DNA from: Gnetum montanum
Taxonomy: Eukaryota > Plantae > Gnetophyta
Assembly: GCA_015680685.1 (NCBI GenBank)
Contig: MNCI01002465.1
Location: forward strand, 113,268-177,267
Reading direction: 5' to 3'
DNA: 64,000 nt
The number at the start of each line of letters is the position of its first letter. The stretch's first letter is position 1. The notes beneath the pieces are model-generated. The model made no database searches, had not been told where the DNA came from, and saw only the letters and a list, made by a program, of their open reading frames with translations. This document shows positions 12,001-24,367 of the stretch, piece after piece. The position numbers and the translations under genes were made by a program.

Positions 12001-13100
12001 AGAATTGTACATGATGGACATGAAGGTCCACGTGAAGACCATTATGCAGGATGTAGGATAACACTAAAATTGATGATGGTAGGCTAATTCTGACCTATCT
12101 TCTTCTAGGATGTGCACAACTTCATCAAAAAGTATTATGAAGGATGCCAAAGAGATGGAGGAACAACAACAAAAAACGAAGGACCATAATAATGGATATA
12201 GCCATTGGAACCATTTAATATCTAGGGACTTGACTTCATGGGATCCGTCACACCAAAGTTGAATGGAAAGGCTTACATAATAGTGACCATTGATTATTAC
12301 ACAAAGTGGGTAGAAGTAGTTGTAGTTAAAAATTATATAGCTAAAAGAGCTGCCAAATTCTTCCAAAAACATGTGGTGAATCAATTTGAAGTACCAAGAA
12401 TGTTGATTTTAGATAATGAGACTCAGTTTACTGGTGCTACTAAAGTGGTGCTACTTTTAAGAAGCTCATGCAATAGCTTGGGGTGAACCATAAATTGACC
12501 ACACCATATCATCCCCAAGCCAATAATCAAGTAGAAGTAACGAACCATAAAATTACTAGAATATTAACTAGAACAGTTAGTAGATTTAGAAAGGATTGGA
12601 GCACCAAGTTAAATGATGCTCTATGGGCTTACAGAACTACATGGAAATTACCCATTGGATATTCACCATATGAGCTAGTTTACGGTAAATTACCAATGTT
12701 CCCAATCCAGGTAGAGCTTAATAGTCTAGCTACTACTAGCCAACTTGACCTAAACCTAAGCTTAGCCTAGAAAGAATGACTAATGAACCTTAATTTATTA
12801 GAAGCAAATGGGCTAGTAGTACTTATAAGCAATGAGATCCATGAGAAATACTCCAAGCATAGGCACGATGCACACATATGATAAGTATTAATACAACCAA
12901 GTGATAAGATCCTACACTACAATCTCAATCATGTCCAACAAAAGGCTAAATTCCCAATGATTTTGAAGGGATCATACATCATTTGGGTGACTTATTTATC
13001 TGGTTTCATGCACATTCATCATCCATATAGCTCAAAAAATATTTTCCTAATAAACATCCAACAAGTCAAACCTTACCATGAATATCCCAACTTTGTTAAG
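9079..13100 (+). pseudogene. Degenerate, internally deleted gag-pol of element B
   Basis: Gag (KLFPWTLIKEAESWY ~9415-9460); protease ALLDSRLGVNLI ~10435-10470; jump to RT (VCIDF, KDHFSLSFVDQVLD, TFTYKKMPFGLCN); RNase H; integrase (ORFs 12238-12486, 12483-12770 with TPYHPQANNQVEVTN). Many stops. Confidence 0.9.
10175..10312. repeat. 34-bp inverted repeat (fold-back duplication of gag sequence)
   Basis: TACATTTACAAGAAACAGGGGCATATGCACTTAA 10175-10208 versus its reverse complement at 10279-10312 (2 mismatches). Confidence 0.9.
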
Positions 13101-13939
13101 GATTCTACCCAGGCTCTACAAATGTCCTCTACCTATTCATTTTTCTGGTTGATTGATCCTGATCATAGTTATGGGGGTGTCCACCGTGACATGTAGGTGC
13201 CTATTGAATTTTTCATTTTCTTATTAAATTTTCCTATTTTCTTAATATCTCTTCCTATTCTTTTATATTTTCTGATCTCTTAATAATTTCTTAATTCTTT
13301 GATAGTTTTTCATTCTCATTATATTTTCAATTCTTGATAACTTTTATCATCTTTCGTACTCTGTCATCATTTCACTTATACTTACTTTTGTTAATCACCA
13401 ATAAAATACATCGAATAAGGTAAGATGTAGTACCAATAAGGTGAATATTTCTTTATATTCTCAAATCACAAGGGATTGATTGTCCATAGAGTGAGACCAT
13501 GACATCCATCCATCCATTCCAATAATAAGAGGTTCTTATCATGGCCATAATGATATTCTTCTAATAATAAAAATAAGAATAAACCTATGATCATTATGTC
13601 TAGATAGAAAAGTGAAGAACCAAGTGGGAATGACAAGGGTGTAAAAAAACTTGTGGATTCTCTTAGAGTACTATTGTGAGTTCTATCTTGTTGCTAAGGA
13701 TGTATTATATCCTTGTAGATCTAACAAAAAATGAGAGTAAGAGTACAATAAGTGCTACCTTACTATGTCAATAGAAAGGCATGTTACCCATGCTTAAAGT
13801 TAGTCCTTTGGTATGATTGACATAGTTAAAAATAAACTACCTACATAGAATAAATTTTTGGGGGTTCCACTAGAAAGACATGTTATCCATGCCTGAAGGT
13901 AGGTAGCTTCTTAGGAATCTCAAAAATAAAAAGTGGAAT

Positions 13940-14641
13940 TAATAAAATCCTTTCTTGAACAACATACCAAGTGCTAATAGTCCTTGCAATAGTGATAGTC
14001 GTATGGTTATGAATCCTAGGGATGAAGCAATGCAATGTTACTTGAAAGTGGTTTGGACTTGGTTTAAATCTTGGAAAGGAGGACTAATGATTACTTTAAC
14101 CATAGATTACATACAAGAATTCATTATTCCTATGGTAAGATGCCTCATGTTCCAATTTCAACAATCCCTCCTACAGTCCGTCTCATGTTACTGTATATTT
14201 AATCATAGCCTTGTGTTTTTATATAATATAGTGATATTTTCCCAATCTAGTGATAGCAACATGTGTGTTTTTTTGGATAGGTATGTCTTACATTCAACTC
14301 CTTGAGTACCTACTGATACTTTTAAGCATGGTTATACAAGGGTACTATGGGTTGAAGCCTGCTTTAGGAAGGACCCACTTGTATAACTCTTGTATTTCAT
14401 ACTTGGCCAACAATTCCATGTCATCTCATGAATTTTAAGACAATCAAGACTCAACATATACTTCCCATATCATATAATAATCTATCTATACATTTGAAAT
14501 TCTTAATCCATCTCCTATCCATTCAATAAAATTTCATTGTCTAATATTCCTTCTTTATGAACTTTGAATGCCAAATTCTTGAAAATAGTACATCATTAAT
14601 TACCCAAGACCCTTTGGACAAGCTTCATATCTTCAAAACAT
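13940..14641 (-). pseudogene. Degenerate antisense ORF of element B (~230 codons, unknown function)
   Basis: Blocks QEFGI...IEW, QELYKWVLPKAGFNP*YPCI (14392-14333) and NHFQVTLH lie in one minus frame and match the minus frame of element A with synonymous third-position differences. Many in-frame stops. Confidence 0.6.
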
Positions 14642-15192
14642 TCCAATTAACTCATTTATTTCCAGAAAATTTAATGAAAATTTAAAATTTTACATGGTGA
14701 CATCATAGCTACAATGTTGTAGTCCCTATGATGTTGCATCTACGATGTTGTGCATATAAAAATAGTATATATACATGAAGGAGTTAGTGAAATTTTTCTT
14801 TCCTCTCATTTGTATCAAGAGAAGTTTTTATGATTTTTCCTATGAGCTCTTACACACTAACTTCCCAAAGCCATAACTTCACCCCCATAGCTTTGATTCT
14901 CAAGATTCTTAAATCCTATTGATCTTAGAGCACTCAACTTAGTCATTGGGAGGTGGGGGATGGGGTCGATTGTGCACTACATTGACATTAAAAATTTGAG
15001 TGAAAATGTTTCTAACACTAGGAAGATAGTATAAGGGTAAGTATAAAAAAAATAAAGATATCATATGAACTGATCAATCTTAGGCCAAATAACTTATTGA
15101 ATTCTTCTAATGGAAAATTCTAATCATTTTTAGGCATCCTAAACAAAGAAATAACCATTGTGGAAGGTCATAGTGATTAGGGATATAACACT

Positions 15193-16077
15193 TGATGAAG
15201 AGTCTTCAGTCGACTGTGTCAATGAGATGCTATCAACATGACCCCATTGACAAGATTCCATGGATGTAGGGTTTTCCACATTGATGTGTACCCGTTGACA
15301 TGGTACCCTAGTGGGTCTATAAATATGACATCCTAGCTGTGTTAATGGGGAGTTAGAATTTTAGTTGGTAGTAGAATTTCTGTAATTTGTTTTTGTAAGA
15401 GATAGAATAATTTTCTAAGTGCTCATAGTAGGAGTCAAGGAATGTATAGATGTTTATTTGAGCACTATTGTACTTGAGCACCACAGTGTATGTGGCAATA
15501 AAGGCAAGCTTTTTGATAAACCTTGTAGCACTTGGACAAGCTTAATGATTTATTTATGAATTTATTATTTTTCATTAATTTAGTAATTAATTAAGCTAAG
15601 ATGATTAAGATTTTAGGTAATTAATTAAGCTAAATAGACTACCATACATAAGTATGACCACTTCAAGCATACATATAACACTTGGTAATCCTAGTAGCAC
15701 TTAATGGTTGGTCACCTAGTAGTGTTATATGTGTTTAGGATGCGTATAGAAAGTGGGATCAGATGCTTATGTTAGGATAGTTATTAATTAGTAATTAAAT
15801 TAGTTAAACTAGTTAATTAATTTATTCTCAATCTATTACCAACCTTAGGGGATCAAAATATAAAATAAGAAAAATCATGTGTCTCAATTACACTTAACCA
15901 TACAACTAAGCCTCATAAGTGTAGTTGGGAAAACAACAATCATTTCAAGATTAGATTCACCTTCTAGATTGAATCCTATGTATGAGAATAGTATGAATCC
16001 ATGGAATTTTACTAGATCACATGTGAAAACCTTAGTGATTTGTATGGTTGGGTGTAGGGGTACCTCATTTCTCATTA
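15193..16077 (+). repeat. 5' LTR of element A
   Basis: Aligns with 27567-28455; CTATAAAT at ~15317. Confidence 0.9.
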
Positions 16078-16236
16078 TTGGTGCTGTTGCTAGGGATTCT
16101 TAGCTAATACCATGTGTTATCAATCTAGGATTAGTGAAAATTACTCAACATCATTGAAATGAACCCAAAAAAGTTAAATCATCACAATTAATCAAAACTA
16201 TACTACAGGCATACTGAGAAATCATTTTTAACAAAA

Positions 16237-19200
16237 ATGTCTTCTTCTTCTCATAAGAGAGATGATTCTATGTCAACAATACCACAAGAATGCAAAGGAA
16301 TATACACTCATCTTGATGAGTTTGTACCTAATTTCACTTACATCCTCAAATAGGATGAACACATGTAGTGGTGAGACATGGAGGGGAATGTTGTATTACC
16401 ACTTGATTAATCTATTCCATAGATGTTGCTTAAAACTCTTATAATGTTGGGTATTGAGGAGCTTCATGAAGAGTATGTTGTAGAAGATCATGACTTTTAG
16501 GACTACCATCCCATTGAGACACAACACAAATGAGATCGGCAATAGAAAAAGTGCCACAAAGCCATGAAGGGAAAATGGTTCACTAATTCCTTATTCTTGG
16601 TATATCAAAAGGATGATGAGAAACCTCTTTCTAAGGGTTCTTAACATAAAGAATCTCCACCTTTTGACTCTGGTGAAGGATAGTTGAATCCAAACGCTAA
16701 ATTAGGAATCAACAATATGGGTTCTAGTAATAATGAGTTCCATGATTATGATAGCTCTAAGAAAGGGAGTCGAAGAAAGAACTTGGACAAGCACAGTGAT
16801 GATAACTCTAAGGATTGTGGAAATGAAAAATAGAGAGGTAGTGGTAGATACCATGGTGGTGGTAGTGCTTCTCTCTCTTCACCCACTTCATTTAGATCAA
16901 CTTCCTCCTCTAAATTTGAAAAGAACTATAGGTGGCAAGATAACAATGATAATCATAGAGAGCACTATGAATGAAGGGATGATAGAGGACATCATAGGCA
17001 TCATTAAGAGCATGATGATGAACCTCTACTGGCCACTCAAAATATGCCTAACATCACTAAGGCTATTAAAATTCGTACCAGGCATGTGAAAGATAGTCGA
17101 ATTAAGCAGCTAGACATGAATAATATCCCCAAATTTGAGGTGGATATAACTTAGGTCCTTAAATGCATCTGAAAGCCTTTCATAATGCTTGTGCCTTATA
17201 AAATATTGAAAATTATTGACAAAAGCTCAAGCCATTCCCTAGAAAACTCATTAAGGAAGCTAAAAGTTGCTACTAGTCTCTAGAACTAGAGTCAATTCAT
17301 TAATGGAGTATAATGTTATAACTATTTAATGACAAGTATTAGAAATGGTTCAAAGTGTCAAACCTGCGAAGGAAAATCTAGGGATGGAAGCAGGAAATAC
17401 ATGAAATCTTGGATGCCACCATGGATAGATATTATTCATTATTACACCAATGCCCTAGCCATGGTTACTCTCAAAGGGAACAAATTTTTCACATAATAGA
17501 TGGGATTTGCTTAGAAACAAGAAGGATTCTTGGGGTCTATGCCCAAGGAATACTATCAAAATTAAGAGTTCATCAGATACAAAGGTTGATTAAATAGGTA
17601 GTAGAAAAAAGGGAGAATTGAGGAAATGCAAAAGTGTAGAAGAATATAACATGGATCCTTCCATTAGAAATAAGGAGGACTACTTTTGTGACAGTGAGGA
17701 GGAATCACCTCTTGATGAGGTAGTGCAAGGAAAGACCTTACTAATCCAAAAATATATATTTGAAATTTCAAATAAGATAGATAAAATGTGGGATTCATTG
17801 AATGAAAAATTCCAAACTACTCTAAAAATCATAGAGGAATCAAGAGAGTAAGGTAGTGATCATGACCATAGGAAGCATAAAGAAGCTAAACATGCCTACC
17901 AAAGGGATAAGGGCAAAGTTGCTGAAGTAGAAGAAGTTGTGGAGATTGAATTAGATAATGATGGTGGATGTGACATTTGCCATTATGAACATCCTAAGGG
18001 ATGTTTTCCTATTGTGTCATACTTATAGGAATCTAGGGTGTATGCTTTGAATCCATGACTAAAAAAAGGGCAAACACCCAGAAGATTACCTTATCCTCAA
18101 GGAAATTCCAGGTAGTTCCACTAGCAAAAACCTTATTAACCAAGTGGAACTCCATCACAACCATATAAGCAGTATCAATAGTGTCATCAACCAAAGTTGT
18201 GGGGGATGCTACCACCATGATAGCAGCACCCTTACATGTAGCCAGATCTATATGGGTATTATGTTTGGCAACCTCTGTTTCCACATGACTCTTCTAGTTA
18301 CATTTCTCATTTCTAGCATCACTACCACCCTCTTGAATATCACCAAACTCATTCTCCAAATCATAGGGAAGATTCCATATTCCATCCATACCCTTCTCAT
18401 GTGACTACACCTGTTCCTCCACCCTCAGCACAACTATTGCCTGCTCCATCCATACAGGGTGAGCTTCCATCTCAACTACAACAATGTAATACTACAAGGA
18501 TCATTAATCTACATCCTATTAATCAACTGAGTGGTTCAAATCCTACATCTCACTAACAACCATTCTTCTGACCTAATAGCTCTCCTAAGCCCTCAAAAAC
18601 TCATGCAGCTGGCCATCCCACTCCTTCCTCATCCTCTACAAATCATAAAATCAAGAGCCCTTCAAACCAAATTCCTTTCAAGATCCACACTATTATGTTA
18701 ACTCATGATGTATCTAACTAGATCTAGATTGGAAACCTTCCCAAGAAATTAGCCAATCCTGGAAGTCCTCTTATCTATTTGTAGATTTCTACGAATGAAT
18801 CATGCAAAGCTCTTCTGGATTTAGGTTCTTGTGTTAATTTGATTTCCCATGAGATTTATATTACCTAGAACCTACTACTTCTCAAGAAGAGAAATATCAT
18901 ATTATAATTGACAAATGAGTCCATCACTGTTCTATTAGGACTAGTAGAAGATATTGTGACCACGATCTATGGGTGATCTTCTTCTCCCGATTTCCTAGTA
19001 ATCAAAGTTAAGAACTACAAGGGGGATTTTCCAATCATTATGGGAAGGGCATTACTAAGTACTATTGATGCAAGAATGGACATAAAATATCTTTCCCTAG
19101 AAATTTCTAAGGAAAATGTATTTAGAAATATTAAGAAGAAATGAGTTCCATGCATCGCGTATAGTGGTACAAGGTGCAATTGCATGTAGCAACTTTTGTT

Positions 19201-22200
19201 TGTGAAAAGAACATCTATTTTTGCATGTAGGAAATGTGAAAATAAGGTAGATCTTCAAAGGTACCTATACATACTAGTCACAAAACAAGAGGACACCTAG
19301 TGGTTGACAGTTGATTCTGAGAGTATCACAATTTACATGGAATTGACTAAGAGCCTCACATGCACCTATGTCGTAGGCATGGATGAACTAGAGCAAGTTC
19401 ATTACCAACTCTCTAATGATAAAAGTATTGATACCTATTAGGAAGAGTTGGAAATTCCTAAAAATGTTAAACAAGAATCCCTAGAGTTGAAAACTTTGGC
19501 TATTGCCTTGGAATATGCATTTCTAAAAAATGGAAAGTTGGTTATAATCAATGCTAAACGTGCTCCTGAACAAAAAGAGATATTGTTGAAAGTGATTAAT
19601 AAATGGCTAATGGTATTTTCTTAGCCATATCTTGAACTCACTAGGATTTATCCACGAATATGCTAGCATTATATCTATATTGATCTGTCAATGAAGCTAA
19701 GAAGGCAACCACAGTGGTAGTTGAACCCCAAATTAAAAAAAATTGTTAAGGAGGAGATAGAACAACTCCTCAAGATGGGGTTCATCTATACTATTATAGA
19801 TAGTGAGTGGATCAACCCACTCATGATTATGCCAAAGAAAGATGGCAAGTGGTAGGTTTGTATTGATTTTAGGTTATTTTACATAGCAACATTCAAAGAC
19901 CATTTTCCATTGTCATTTGGTAATCAAGTGTTGGACACCATTTCTGGACATTGCTATTATAGCTTTCTGGATGGTTATAGTGGCTATAACCAAATTCAGA
20001 TTGCACCAAAGGATTAGGCAAAAAATACATTCACAAGTCCTTGGGGGACTTTTGCATATTAGAAGATGGCTTTTGGTCTATGAAATTTTCCTTCCAAATT
20101 CCAACACTTGGTCTTGAACATCTTTTAGTAGCAAATTGGTAGTGGGATGGAAGTCTTCATGGATGACTTTTCCACTTATGGTGCTACATTCAAGAAAGCC
20201 TTGAATTACCTTGAGCAAGTATAAGAAAGATGCATGGAGACAAACCTATGGTTCAATTAGCAAAAGAGCCATCTAATGGTCCATGAGGGCATAGCCTTGG
20301 GGCATAGAATCTTACAAGTAGGGATCAAGATAGACCTTGAAAAGATAAGGGTCATCCAAGGAATAACCCATCAATTGAAAATAATTAAAGATGTCTAATC
20401 ATTCCTTGGGCACACTAGTTACTACCAACAATTCATAAAGAATTTCTCTAAGATTACAAAAATGTTGGTCGAGCTAACAAAGAAAGATGTTCCATTTGTT
20501 TGGCCTAAGAAATGTGAAAATGCATTCCAACAATTGAAGGAGAGACTCATAGAAACTCTAATTCTGTGAGCATAGACTAGTTTAGGCCGTTTCATATCAT
20601 GACGGATGCATCAAATTATGCCTTGGGAGCAGTGTTGACACATATGGATGATCAAAAATGTCCATATTACATCCATTATACAAGCTGAAGCATTGTAGGT
20701 GCATAGATCATTTACATCACAATAGAGAAAGAACTGATTATAATGGTGTATGCTTTGAAACATTTTAAGCACTATGTTCTTGGGTACAAAGTGTTTGTAC
20801 ACACTAATCATAGTTCCATTTTCTTCTTGATGAATAAGCTAATGGTGAGCCCCCGACTCATATGATGGTTGCTGATTTTATAGGAATTCAATATTACAAT
20901 GGTAGATCAAAAAGAGACTAAGAATGTGGTCATTGACCATCTCGCTTGGTTAAGATGGAATAACAAAGAGGAGGAGAGCCTACTCTTTGATTAATTTTCT
21001 GATGAACTCCTCTTTACTAAAGTAATTAATGACCAAGTGCCCATAGAACCAAAATGGTATGATGGCATCCTCACTGACCTTCTTACTCTAGATGTGTCAT
21101 AATATCTAGACCATAGGAATAAATAATATTTTCTTCATCAAGCCAAGTGTTTAATGGAAATCAATAGACACCTTTATAGGGTGTGCGTCAATGGCTTGGT
21201 TTGTTGGTGTGTCCCTGATATTGATCAACTGTGCATTTTCCAAGATGCTCATGAGGGCCCTTGTAGAGGCTACTATGCCAAAAGACATACAACCATTAAA
21301 ATCCTAATGGAATGGTATTATTGGCCAACAATCTTTAGGGATGCCCACTAATTTATTTTATCTTTTGAATGTTGTCCAAGAGATGGTGGGATGACTGCAT
21401 GAATGGAGGAACCTCAATAGTTGATCCAACCATTAGAATCCTTTGACATATTGGGCATAGACTTCATGGGTTCCATCACACCCATGTCCAATGAAAAGGC
21501 ATATATTATCATTGCCATTGACTACTGTACTACATGAGTAGAAGTAGCAACTATCATTCACTATACATCATTCATTACTACTCAATTTTTTCAACAACAT
21601 ATTGTAAACAGGTTTGGGATGCCACATGTACTAATTTTTACAATAGAACCCATTTCATAGGCATCACTTTTCATAAGGTCATGTAATGATTGGAGGTTAA
21701 ACATATATTAACAACACCTTACCACCCCCAAGCCAATGATCAAGAAAAGGTCACTAACAAGGAGATTATAAAAATCTTAATAAGAATTATTAGCAAATAT
21801 AGGATAGATTGGAGCATAAAACTCAATGATGTCCTCTGGGCCTACTACTCAATATGGAAACTCCCTATAGGCTACTCTCCTTATGAGCTAGTGTACTGGA
21901 ATCTACTAACACTTTTTATTCAATTCATACTTTGTACACTTTCAACAGCCTATGACCTAGATCTTGACCTAAGTCTAGTATGAAAAGAACACTTGATCAA
22001 CCTTAACATGCTAGATAAAAACTGATTAGTGGCCTTATCCTTGAATGAAGTGCATATGACATTCAGTAAGGAATGATATGACCTAAAAATAAGAAAATTC
22101 AAATTTCAACCTGGAGATAAGGTCCTCTACTAGAACCCCACACATGTTTCACAATGAAAAAAATTTCAAACATTGTGGGAGGGGCCTTATATAATTGATG

Positions 22201-22310
22201 AAACTTTTCCTTCTAAGGCCATGTTAATTTACAAACTTAAGAGCCCAAGAAAAAAATAGTTGATTAACATTCAACAAATAAAACCTTTCCATGAGCTCAA
22301 GCAAGCTAGT
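16237..22310 (+). pseudogene. Degenerate gag-PR-RT-RNaseH-INT of element A
   Basis: Protease KALLDLGSCVNLI ~18807-18845; RT PKKDGKW*VCIDFR, KDHFPLSF, SFLDGYSGYNQIQIAP, EVFMDDFS (~20150-20172); integrase HEGPCRGYY, TTPYHPQANDQEKVTNKEI (ORF 21690-21983). Gypsy domain order. Confidence 0.92.
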
Positions 22311-23224
22311 GTAATGAATGTCTCATTGGATGAACAACCACATTCAATCTTTCAGATCTCCTCCTTCCAACTCAATCGTGGGGGAGATGGCCATCCATGC
22401 TAACCATTTACATGGCTCAAATTTCTATTTTTTTGTTTTATACATTTCTTTTTATACTTTGTTTATTTTACACCTTTTTATTTTATACTTTTTTTCCCTA
22501 TTTTACATCATTTTTGTTTTACACCATCATTTGTACATTTGATTTTTCTTGAATATTTAACACTTTCTTGTATAATATCCTTTATTTTGGGTGTGATTTT
22601 CTAAAATTTTGGCTAATAAAGTGCTTTGTGCCAATAGGACACATTGGTGCTATAGCTATTATTAATGGTGGTTTGTACTTATTGTCTTTGATTGCTAATC
22701 TCTCATTTCTATTTTTGAGTATTGGTACTAATAACTAAGATATGGTTTATTTTTCATGGAATAGGTAGTGATTCCAAGACATCCATTAATCAATAAACTC
22801 TATGGTTCTTCTTGTTTTGGAAGTACGAGATGCCTTTTCATTAAGTAAAATTTTAATTTACTTGTAACCTTGGTAGTTTCTAGACTTGGAAAGGATTCAA
22901 GAGTTTGAATAGGATGTGACTCTAAGGGGACTCAAGACTCTTTGTACCCTTCTACTTACTTGGGTGCATAAGTGTTTTCATGGATTTCTTACCATTCCAT
23001 GTCGACCAATAATACGAAGTTGAATAATTCCTTGCATGGTGTGGTTCCCATCTAAAAAACAAAAATGAAAAAAATGATAAAAAATGATGAAAAAATATGA
23101 TGGGAATTCAAAGCACATCCCTTAGATAAAATAATAGGCTACAAGCACTGGTTATGGGACTAGAAAGACATGTTATTCATGCTTAAAGGTCCCCTATAAC
23201 TAAGGTCCTTTCTCACTTCTTACT

Positions 23225-23877
23225 TCTTTTTTCTTCTCTATAAGGAATGGTGTCTGATTTGTGGAAGCATTCTTGTGTCTCAAGGGGATGGATCAGTCTT
23301 AGAGTGGTGATGCAAAGTCACTGAACATGGTTGGTTTTGGTCTAGACTATGGAAGGATCTTATGAAGTTATTTAACCAAAAACTCCACTAGGGACTTCAT
23401 GTGACCTTAATTAGGAACTTCATCCCACTTTCTCTCTTATTCATCTATGCTTTCCATGACTTACCTCATTGTTGGTGTCCATATCCTTGTTTCATGTCTT
23501 GGTTTGATGTGCCTAAATTCTTAGGTAGATTCTTTTGAGTTTTGATTGTTAACTTTCATATCCATTAATAGCCCATGGGGTTCACGAACTTCTTAGGTTG
23601 AGTTTATGCAAGGGAAAAAAGGGAATGTGCCTACTATGGGGAGGCTCCACTTGCATATCTCTTGGGTGGGCTAGTTAAGTACCTCATCCTTAAAAATTCC
23701 CATAATCCAAACCTTTATGCACCACATTTGATGCATCCAATTGGGTGCTCCTTAGGGTAATTTCTTTGATGAACACATTCTCCATTCAATTTTTCAATTT
23801 TTGAGCTTTCAATGATCCTCTTTGATGATTCCATCAAGTTCTTGTCTTTTCTGGAACTTCATGGATCCCAATTTCAT
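23225..23877 (-). pseudogene. Degenerate antisense ORF of element A (homologue of 13940-14641)
   Basis: Minus frame from ATG 23877 reads MKLGSMKFQKRQELDGII...IEW...QEICKWSLPIVGTFPFFPCI (23664-23605); a VTLH block follows after small frameshifts. Confidence 0.6.
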
Positions 23878-24367
23878 CAGAAAATTTTGTGTATTTTATG
23901 AGAAATTTAAGTTAAAAATTTTTGCTTACACCCTTCGTAAATGGGTATTCATTGATGGACCCTCTACATATATGAGACCCTGTATATGAGACCTTGTTGA
24001 AATATCACAAAAATAGTCTATATATATGTGTCCACACTGAATTTTTCACATTTCCTTTCAAACGGCAGAGGATTTTTTGCAGTTTCCAAAGCCTAGAGCC
24101 TTTTAGAAGTCACATCTTCCTAACCATTTGTTCAAATCACTTTATTCTTTAACCTTGTAGCTACTGGAGGTAAGCTCTTAGTTGTAGGGGTTATAAACCT
24201 AAAATTTTTGATAAAAAAAGTTTTCCAATTATTCTAACTCTCACAAAGGTTTAACAAAGAAACCAATATTAAAACATCAAATTACAAAAGTTAGACTCTT
24301 TCAACTAGCTCAAGTAATGCTTTGAACTTAAAAATTAATAACATAATAATAAAATAACCAATCTACC

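Noticed and set aside
13871-13900. GAAA ... CTGAAGG resembles a hammerhead ribozyme core
   Set aside because: Only one hairpin lies between GAAA and CUGA, there is no A15.1-U16.1/H17 junction, and the other two copies read CTTAAAG.
13955-14438. Plus-strand ORFs 13955-14305 and 14250-14438 as real genes
   Set aside because: Comparison with element A puts the synonymous changes mostly in the minus frame; 13955-14305 is its in-register antisense shadow.
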